Shown here in pieces: positions 20,680 through 31,415 of a stretch of DNA of 32,232 nucleotides; within the stretch, counting starts at the first letter, position 1, and each line of letters opens with the position of its first letter. A program made the position numbers and the translations under genes. The DNA lies in NCBI GenBank assembly GCA_000934665.2, contig JYFJ02004430.1, forward strand, positions 1 through 32,232, written 5' to 3'. The notes beneath the pieces are model-generated. The model did no database searches. It was not told the DNA's origin and worked only from the letters and a program-made list of their open reading frames with translations. This stretch comes from Catajapyx aquilonaris (Eukaryota).

Positions 20680-21369
20680 CCAGTGAGTGTGCTTGGCATA
20701 TCACCACTTCTAATTTGTTCCATATGACTTCCAAGAATCATTGCTTCAGGTCTGTTCCCAAAGCAGCTTTTTTATGCAACATCGCATTGTGACAGTGTAT
20801 CCGCAACAGCAGGGAGGGGCCAGTTGCATTGGTTGGGAATGCTACAGTGGGCAAACGCTGTGACTGGGCGGTTGTAATTTTTGCATTCCTGCCCTGGAAT
20901 GCTACGAGTATTCTACAGTGGAAGGGGAAGGGCAAGGGCTCCCGACTAATTAGTTCATATTCCATTTTACAAACCATGTCACCATGGTTTCCTTGTTTAT
21001 CAAGCTGTTACAGCCGAATGTCAACAATTCTTTTCACTTGACCTAGCTGTATAAGCGTCAGCAAGATGATGCTGTCACAGTGCGATTTTGCATTAAAAAA
21101 TCTTCTTTGGGAACAGGGCTTTATGATTTAATTTATGATTTAATGATGTGACCACACAATTCTCAGGTAGTGATGTGTGTTAGTTACCTGCAATTTTTTG
21201 TTGTTTTACTCTTTACATCTGTATAAACTGTGGACCTGACTGACATGCTGGTCACATTGTAACAATAGTTGTACAACATGGAAAGCATGGTAGCATTAAA
21301 AATGTGTGCACATGTGACAAATGCTACATTACAAGAATATGTTTGAGGAATGGTGGAGAATCCAAAGCC

Positions 21370-21412
21370 TCACATTCGAGACCTTAATGCAGCTTCCAAT
21401 GTTTCAGAATAC
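21370..21412 (-). CDS. HEAT-protein probable last coding exon (YSETLEAALRSRM*)
   Basis: tttctctgttgcag acceptor, phase 2 fits; short, so less certain. Confidence 0.65.
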
Positions 21413-24400
21413 CTGCAACAGAGAAATGATGACAATTACAAATGCTACCAAAAGTTGCTTGCAAGCTCATGAGAACTGGTGGTTGCAAGAATTTTTCTTG
21501 CAGTCCAAAATTTGCCCTCAGCCACCAGTTCTCATGAACCTTCACAGCAAAGGAAAGTTAAAATGTTACCTTGTGTCGACTAGTTCCACCCGAGCCCTCA
21601 AAATGTTGGGCCCAAGCAGGGTGGCAAGTTGGTTCAGGCATTGGTTTGCTGCACTTTGAGTCAAAGGGTTGTCACAGCCCTTCAAATGAAGCATAATGTA
21701 AGATAATTAATGACAAATAAACATATTATACACTGAAACTCGTCAAGTCAATGAATATGAAGTTATTTAACCCTCTGAGGCCTACGGACATTATATGATG
21801 TCCTGCTGGTTTTTGAACTGGGCGAGCTCGAGTTTAGACAGAAATGGTGGAGTTTGAGGCTCAAACTACTCCTACCACCTCGTGGAAGGGGGCTCAACTA
21901 CCATGTCTGTGCAACTACCATGGTAGTTGATCCCCCTTCCACGAGGGCATATGGATTAATCCATTTATATTTTATGCAATCAGATTTATGCAAATGTAGA
22001 TTTTTTGGGGTATCAGATCAATTAGGATAGCAAAAAGTATCCTACTCATTCACAATAATTCTGAAACATTTATGCAGTGCAGTCTGCTGGAAATCGGCTC
22101 ATGTCATGCTTTGGTGTTTTGTGTGGTTTTGAAAAGCAGCCTGCACCATGTAAGGTAAAAACCAGCCTTACCAGTCATTTACAGTGCCGCAAGAAAATAT
22201 TTTAAAATATTATTGCTGCTATGGCAACAAAGCCATTCTTGCTGTTGATTTCTGAATTACTTGTTCATGAGTTCTATCAATGATGTAATCTACCCATGAC
22301 AGGACACATTTGTCTGACTTGTGCTTCATAACCTTTAGCTCAGAAGTAAGTACAACTGGACTTTCCACCTCATTGCTGCTCTAAAATGGCATATTCTCAT
22401 CAAGGTGCTTCAGGTTACACAACAATGATGACAAGAAGGAGACAGTAAACCTTTCTGCAATGGATCCTGGATGCAGAGGAAACATGTCAAATTACAGAAC
22501 CTTTACTTTGGTTCTAGTGCAGGATTTTAGAAAGTTTCTGCCATACATGTTATAAACTTGTACAGAAAATTCTTGTATAACAAAGAAACTTCACTACAGA
22601 TCAGTTTCACCATATTGTCAGGGCTTAGCACCCCCACCTGAGGAGTCAGTTTGTGGAAGTCATGCTGGTTGGTAGTTGAGTTGGTATCCAACGTCAGTGT
22701 ATGCCTATTCTGATGTTTCACTTGTAGCGAGTTAGCCTCTTAGCCATGTATGAACTAGGTCCGTCACAGTGTAGATAGTGATGTCAAAGTGGTAAGGTGG
22801 GCGCTCCACAACATCCCTCATTGAGATTGTTGGTAAACCAGTGGGTCTTATGCAGACGTGGAATCTTTCCTTGTCATCCAAAATGATCACATCATAGTCT
22901 CGACAAGAACTACAGTACAGTATGTTCTGTATATCACACCTTACAATTTCCATGTTGTTCATTGCCTATAGAAGTATAGATGCACCTTGGTGGCAAGATG
23001 AGATTTTAGAGCAGCAATGCAATGAAAGAGCCAGTTGCAAAATAAAGTGACAATACCCTGATTTACAGGATGATGTCATGATCAAGCTTGTCCACTATTT
23101 ACCAACTCTTACCGTAGCATAAAATATGGGCTCTATGAAGGTTTCCAGATGGCGCTTGAAATTCTGCTTCCCCATTCCCATGGCAATGATAGGAAGATGT
23201 GCGCAGATCGTCTCCAGTAGAGCCAAGTGGTGAGTGTAATGCCTCTGCTTGGTTGCTGCTGCTATTAGGGTTAGCAGATCTGAGATGCAGTGCAGTGCTT
23301 CGCCTACCTGGGCCAGCTCAGCAACCAGATACACACATCCGTCGGCAAACTCCCATGGTTCAGAATCACGCCTAAAGACAGAACAATGTATCTATCACGT
23401 TTGAATGGGTCAATGTGTCAAATATGTTTTTGTGTAAAAAGGTGCATTTTGTATGGCTAACCATCTCATTTGGGGGCAATTCCACGTGAAGTTGAACACA
23501 TTTTGCATGAAAAAATTTGCCTATTGGTGAGTGTGAGATATGTTTTAGTCCAAGTCACGTAATGACCATTCCCATAAGGCAGAGGTTCCCAAAGTGTGTG
23601 CTGCGGCACCCTGGGGTGGAGAGAGATCAGGGGTGCCACGTGAGGCACCCCTGATCTCTCTCCTAAAAATCAAAATTTTACATTAATACAAACATTTTAT
23701 AGAACGGAAAATTCTGTGCTCACGCTCCACAAGAATTCACTTCGCAAGAAGAAGAAATTCTAATTGAGCTCTCATGCGACAACAGCCTGAAAACAACATT
23801 CGCTTCTTCAGATTTAACAGAGTTTTGAATATCAGTCAAAAATGAGTATCCAATTCTACGTATAAAAGCTGTAAGGGTCCTCATTCCCTGCGTGACTTCA
23901 TATCTGTGCGAAGCTGGATTTTCAGCGGTTGCTGTTATAAAGAGCAAATATCGTTCGAAAATCAACATGGAAAAAGAAATGAGAGTAGCTAGCTGTATTA
24001 AGCCTTATTCCGCGATTAGAAAAATTGTGCAGTGAGCAGCAGACTCACCCGTCATCGCACTAAACACACACACATACCTAGGAGAGCATTGGAAGGTTTG
24101 TGTAATTTTATTTGTATTTCCTTTGTATTTTCACCTTTGTTTTCCTACCAATGGGGCTGGCTCACCGAAAGTTCAGCCGACAGGTGGCGTTAGTGTGCGG
24201 GAGGTTATTGTTTTTCTCTCTTTACGGGCCACATGCATAAAGGAAGCACGGCCCGGCATGCCTATCTCCAGAGATTACGGTCATATACTGAGGAAAAACT
24301 GTGGTGGGAGTTGGAGCTACGTGGTGCAAGCAAGAGAGGGTAAAAAGCGGAATTAATAGCGAGGGTTAGACAGGTGGGATACAGGGGTTAGACAAAATCA

Positions 24401-27400
24401 TGGGGCCCCCTGCAAAAAGCGGGTGCATTTTCTCCTACATTGTACTCGAAAACTGGAAAAGTTACCGAGATGACCTTCACTGATTTTTGAAGCTCTGTCG
24501 ATGTACATTTATACACATAAATCACAAGAGGAGGGGGAGAAACAAAAGACTAACGACACTCCCCNNNNCCCCCCCCCCCCCCCCCAACCCCATTTTTGAC
24601 CAAAGTGTCTCACCCCTTTCATTTGAAAACGAAAACAGTTACAGATATGGACTTTACTGGGTTTTGAAGCTCTATCGATGTCACTTTGTGTGGTATAGAG
24701 TACGTTTGGGTCGAATTTTCGTCCCACGGCTAGCAAGAGCTAATAACAGTTATTAGTTCTTGCTGCTAGTTACTACTAACTTAGCATTACCATATTTGGC
24801 AGTAGGACCGAAATTTTCCATTGTTTGCATTCAAGCAGTGCTGTGGAAGGGGGGTGTCGTTTCTATTTTTTGCCCCTCCCCCTGTCTGTAATATTAGTCC
24901 ATCTCTATGAGGCATGAAGTGACATCAAAAGAGCTTCAAAACCCAGCCGAGTTCATAATTATCTGTAACTGTTTTTGTTTTCAAATGAAAAGGGTGGGAC
25001 ACTGGTCAGAAATGGGGNGGGGGGGGGGGGGGTGTCAGTTGTCTTTTGTTTCTCCCCTGCCTCAAGTGTGATTTTTGTGCCACCTTCATATCTGTAAATG
25101 TACATTGACAGAGCTTTACAAATCAGTAGAGGTCATCTCTGTAACAGTTCCAGTTTTTGAGTACACTGGAGGAGAAAATTCACCCGCTTTTTGCAGGGGC
25201 CCCCATTATTTTGTCTAACCCCTGTATTACATCTAGAAGTACGTTGTCAACAAGTGATGCAAAATTGTGTTTCAGATTGGAGTACTACGAGCTGAACAAT
25301 GACTTCAGGGGAGAAAGTGATGGGGTTTCGACTCCGGTTGCGGTAGTTGTGGTGTGGCCCACAAGTGGCTACAAGTCCTTAACGGAAATGTTGCATCGAC
25401 AAGTCGGTACACAACAGTACTGTGTCATTTTGCTGGTTTGTACCTTTGGTTTGTACCTTTGCTTCGTACTGTCGCAGCAAGGTTCGAGCTTCATCTCCAA
25501 CAGAAAGTGAACAGAAATCACATCTTGCATGAAAATGGAGACGGGACAATACCAGTATTCACTCCTGACGATACTGAACTATAACCTTCCGCCCACTAGC
25601 GCCGCCCTACCAGTTAGTGCCTCAGTCAGCCCCATTAAAGTATGTACCGGTACTTGTGTGAATTTTAAATACGCGCTGTATAAATTTCTTACCTGAATTT
25701 TTCTTCATAGTCGTACAAATATGAAATGTAGCTACCACAGATATTTATATTATATTATATGACTAGGGTGCCGTGAGAAAATTATAATTTTCTAAGGGTG
25801 CCAAGACTTGGAAAAGTTTGGGAACCACTGCCATAAGGATTTGGTCAGCTGATGCATGGTTTCCTATCTACAGGCACTAATTATAGTACTTTGATCACAT
25901 TTAGAGGCACCCTTACTACATTTACATGGCAATGTAAATGCATGATGTAATACATGTTTCATATGTGAAATTATCTCCCATTCTCCAAAAAAATGACTGC
26001 TGTGCAAATTAAGGCAAAAAAGCGAGATATTTGGAAAAAAATGTAATTTTCGAAATGAGGGCCAAAGTCAAAAGTCATCATATTGGCATCAAATATTCCT
26101 CCTACTGCTCTCTATCTGTGATGCAAATGGAATTATGATCAATGAAAGGGTTACAGAGGTACACTCACTGACATGGAGTGCTGCGGGATTAATTTGAGTA
26201 ATTTTCATAGAAATCGTGATAATGCAGTGCTTAAGAAAACCTCGCCTCATATTGTCATACCTCACTTAGACCGGCATGCCAGTATAGCCACCAGATCTTG
26301 CATTTCTAAAAACTGGTCGACCTCGACTACAGTGGTATGACGCTTTAAGTGAGGTAATACTGTAGTTTCTCAACACCCTGTCAGTCCATACCTGAAAGTC
26401 CTGTCCATCCCACAGCCTCCTCCCCCTCCACGCATCTTTGGTGCAAGAGACCCACATGAATACATGGTCCTGTTCGTGTGCAGGTCCGCATCATTGTCTC
26501 GCATGCGCTTGGCAACCCCAAAGTTAGTGCCACCCTTGTCCACACCTGGATACTTCTCAGACTCAGAGGGCTGTTTATCGAGTCCAGACAGGCCCTCCTT
26601 GATCTTGTCAACCACTACAGTAATGCTCTCAGGAGCATAGGTCTTAGCCACAATGGCCAGAGAGGTAGCTGCCCCTTGGCGCACCGATGGAATTGGGTCT
26701 TGCAAGTTGGAGAAGAAGAGAGGGTAGAGTATCTGGAGAGATGGCCGGCACTCCTCAGGAAAGCATGACAGGAAAGTACCAGAAGCCAAGCATGCAGCTG
26801 AAAGACAGATGAATAATCATTAATGGAGGGCGACACGGTGGCGGAGTGGTTAGCGCCACAGCCTTCCACCTCTAAGGTCCCGAGTTTGATCCCCGCGTCG
26901 GACGGAGGATACGGTACTTATGTGGATAGAGTTTCGATGGGTTCTCTCCGTGTTCGCGTCGGTTTTCTCAGGGTTTTCCCGTTTCCTCCCGCAATCAAAA
27001 TCCATCACAGCGCAGGCAATGATTAAAGACGGTTGTTCAAAAGGTGATCCCCTAAGAGGCCCAAGAAGGCCTATCACGGGGTATCCATTATTATAATCGC
27101 CTTCAACTTCAAAGCGTGCGAGATGACCCTTCTCCTTCGCGGCACCGGAGAGCGCTACAGACGCGGTGAAAGGCGACTGGGCAGCCGGGACCAGCGACTC
27201 GCGACCGGATGCAGGTGTTGTGGCTTTGAGACATCGCATTTTGGCTGCATTTTCACCCTGCTAACGTGGAAATTAGCAGCGGAGGTGATGTTTTCTCAAC
27301 ACTATAGGCCAAGCAGAATTAGAAAATCCAAAAATTTTCAAAATTCAGGAGGGTAAGAAGAGTTACTTTGGTTGTCAGACTTGCATTTATAAACTCATCT

Positions 27401-30400
27401 ACTGGACAGAAGGGAGACAGGTTGCCTACTTTATCTTGTGAGTTTGCAGCACTTTTGCAAAGTTTGAAACCAAATTTACACTGTTCTTTCAGGTCGTCCT
27501 TTTTCACCCCTGATAGAATTGCAGAACGCACCAAACACGACACTACAAATCCACCCACAGAAACTGATCCATTCAACCTCAGACAATGCCATGTGGCAGA
27601 GCAGTTCAGAAAGGTCACCTGCAGCAGTACCGAGAGTGGTAGGGACAAACTATATGTGGTTCAAAAGTATTGGCATCATTTCGCGAACTTTTGGGTAGCA
27701 CCTTGTGTGTCCAGCATGTATCGCAAAATTTCCACAGAGCCACAGAGGGAGACAGTAATCTAATTTTTGCCAAGAAAAGAATAATTAAGCTCTGCTGGTT
27801 ACACTGCAACATATCTAAGCAATACCAGTACTGCAGGTTATCTTTATCTGTATTTTAGTTAGTTTGTGAGTTTGTTTGTCCCTTATAGAAATCCGGGGGA
27901 AGGCCCCTACACCGCCTTATATTAGCATATTGGGGGTTACATTTTTCAAGGAATTTAATGCCTCATGTTTCAGCTTCCGAAAATGAACAACTCCCACAAC
28001 ACGCACATTCCCGAATCATCTCACTACTCGAGCCTCAACAATTAACTTATTAACAATAAACAATATATCAATTGACAATTTGCATTCCCATGGAAATGCC
28101 CTTATGCAACAATACCTAGCAAATTACACCATCCCCGTAAATTCAACGCATCCACCAATTACGCTAATTGGCCACCTCACGTGACTTCGTATCGTGTAAG
28201 TGGTCATTCCGGGATTTTGTGGGATTTGAAAGTAGACTCCAGACAAAAATAAATAACTTACAATAAAATAATACAGTATTTACAAATATTACTCCGTGTT
28301 CAAAACAAAATCTCAGAAATCTGGTATTATCTGTTTGTCTGTATCTGTACGTATACATTTCTCAAGTTCTTCAGAGCAAACATATGGAATGAGGTGGGGG
28401 TGTGAAGTGGGGTTGGGGGGTCAAGGGGTCAAAAATGCAGGGGAAAAAACACATGGCTGTGCAGTCTTTTCCTGGGCCAACTCCATCCGCATTCCTCTTT
28501 TTACACATCCAATCAGAACATCTGTGTCGACTATACGCCATAAGACAAGCAGGTAATCTATCACAGAATAGTGACAAACTTTGGCTTATTGTAACTTATA
28601 AGGCCTATTTTAAGACATCGAGTTTCCAGTGTATGGAAGGGAAATTTTTACAAACACACTTCCTGAAATACTGCATATGCACCCCTACCTTTTGCTTTAC
28701 CAGCACCTCAACATACCCGGACAACGCCGGGTAACCTGCTAGTAAGTTAATAAAAATTAACCCATTTTCAGATCACTAAGCAATGAGTTTTTCTCCTCAA
28801 TTGCTACTCTTACCAGATAATCACTCAAATGCAATTATACAAGAGTGGGCCACAATATTTCATCAAGTTTGCATGCAACATAGGGATTACAAAAAGAGCA
28901 AGAATGGAGGAAAGGCACTGTTTAAGCTCATAAAGCCATTTACAAACACCACTAGCAATGCACATTTAATAAGTGTTGAAGCTAATTGATCTGGAAGGAT
29001 ATTTCTTCATGAATTATTGTAAATGGTGCAATTGCATTAGTTTATAATAATATCACACAAGTTTTGTGCCAGCAATCAGATATGACGAAAAAAAGCACTG
29101 GTCCTCACCATCTCTAACGGGCCAGCTATCATCTTCGAAGCAGATTAGCAAGGTGTCTATAAGCCTCTTGGCATGACACTGGACTGCCTGGAGCTCAATT
29201 TTGTGGCCAAGTTCTGCAATACAATGACATGCTGCCTCTCTAACTGCATGATTGTTTGATTCAGTAGATTCCACATAGTAATCAACCTTTTAAAAGAGAT
29301 GAGAAAAAAAATGTTGTAGACACACTCATTGAGACACTCATCATAATCCATTAACATTATGCAGGAGTGGAAACTTAACTTACGGTCACTTTGGAGGATG
29401 GTACAGGGGTTCTAAATGATAATTTTAAATATAGGTATCATGGGTCTCCGCAGCATACATAACCAAGATAACATGCTATTTATCATGTAATATAACATGT
29501 CCTGGAAGGTTTGCATCGAACCACACAAGGGATGCATCTGAAAAGCCCTGCCTGCCTAAAAGGATGTTTTCATTGTTGATTTCATGGTGTGAATTTGTGC
29601 CGCATGGAACTTCCGTTCGGAAAAAAGTATCCGTTTCGACTACAATCACCCACGCCAGGTGCAGGCATAGTTACCACGAGGAGGGGGAGGAGGGGGGTTG
29701 GGTGATGGTGTGGAGAGTGGAGGTGCACAGCACAGATTTCATGCGTGGATGGCATAAAGAGATGTCTCCACTGCTATTCCGTGTGGCCTTGTCATGCTGT
29801 TCTCCCACGCATGAGCCCCCTTAGACCCCTGTGTCTCCATTCGAGCAGAGCTAATGGCACGAGAAATGAATGCTGTTTTAACTGCTGTTCATGCACTTCA
29901 TGGCACGAAGTCAGCAGTGTAAACGGCCTTTAAGGACACTAACCCTGGAACACTGTACCATCATTTACAGTGTGATGTGGCACAGCAAGCACACCTTACT
30001 TGCTAGCAGAAGCGACTATCAAACACACGGCATAGCTGATTACCATGCCGTAAATTACAGGTCAGTAGTTCAGAGTAGGTGTCCTTAACATGATGTAAAC
30101 AGGCAAGACCTATCTGATGCACCCCACACATGGCCAGATGCAAACTTTCCAAGACATATTTTACTACATCATATAATTATAGCCCATTATCTTGGTAACC
30201 AGGTTGTGATGACAGACGATCCCTATATTTAAAATGATCACCTAGAACCCTGCAACCATACATCAAAGTGACAATATGTCAAATTTTTGCACTCTGTATA
30301 TACACACACATACCACATTTGAGATGTATTTCTGTACAAGGTCACATCCATTATCCCCAACCACCAAACGCCATGTTTCCTGAGAATACAGCCGCACTCC

Positions 30401-31359
30401 TTCTGCCATGTAATAGCTGAAAGGAATGAAATGATATCACTGATGCAAGAATTATAGTTGTTATATCTCATGGGTTTGGATAATACTAATGTCATGTCCA
30501 TGTCTAATGACAGGAATTGTCAATTTGGATGCAACAAAACTTGACTTGTATAAGCTAATGAAGGAAGGAAAGAAGCTTATTGGCCTGATTTGACATCTTT
30601 TGGCCACAATACAGGAATAAATATTGGACCCATCATTGATGATTCAAAACATGATTTATGACTGGTTTCACCGGGAAGGTTATACAGGGTGTCCCTTACT
30701 AGTTGCCCTTCCGTCTGGCAGTGCACTCATTGGCCCAAAAAAAAGCGTAAATGTAGGGAGGAGAAATGTCGAGGCAGTAACCGGTAACGAGATAAACGAT
30801 GATCAAGATGAGGTCGCCCTAAGGCAATCGCGGCCACCCACCCACCGGCTTTTGTGCGGGAGGAGTGGCAATCGGTTCGACTCCCTCACGTGTAGGGGTT
30901 GCCTAGGGGGCAGGATATGAACCCAACATTGCGCCCTGAGCACGAGACGACCTTGCTAAAGCCATTGCCACTCCTCCCGCACAAAAGCCAGTGGGTGGGT
31001 GGCCGTGATTGTCTTAGGGGCAACCTAATCTTGATCATCGTTTATCTCGTTACCGGTTACTGTCTCGACATTTCTCCTCCCTACATTTACGACTTGTTTT
31101 GGGCCAATGAGTGGACTGCCGGACGGAAGGGCAACTAGTAAGGGACACCCTGTATTATAAATCGGAGTTTCTTTTTGGAAAGTCCTTACTTTGGGTTGTT
31201 GTCAACAATGGTTGCTATGGCAATAATTCTTGTTATAACCGAGGTTCTAAATTTTAACCAGGTTGGTGAAACTCATGTCTGGGTCAATAGAGAAAAAGGT
31301 GCAATTTCATTCCTACAAAAAATAAAATGTAAATGTCCTTTAAAGAAATAATTTTTTTA

Positions 31360-31415
<56 letters not shown>

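Larger units (their letters stand above)
23580..25830 (+). mobile_element. Internally deleted hAT (Buster/Charlie group) element with two nested insertions
   Basis: TIR CAG(A/T)GGTTCCCAAA; perfect 8-bp TSD CCATAAGG (23572-23579, 25831-25838). Confidence 0.93.
29404..30252. mobile_element. Old Tc1/mariner-type MITE with ~150-bp arms enclosing two other MITEs
   Basis: TA|CAGGGGTTCTA... 29404-29555 is imperfectly inverted at 30100-30252 (...TAGAACCCTG). Confidence 0.75.

Noticed and set aside
27098..27290. CpG-rich segment and 129-aa ORF 26850-27239
   Set aside because: ORF spans the antisense SINE; no splice sites or domain; likely another repeat fragment.
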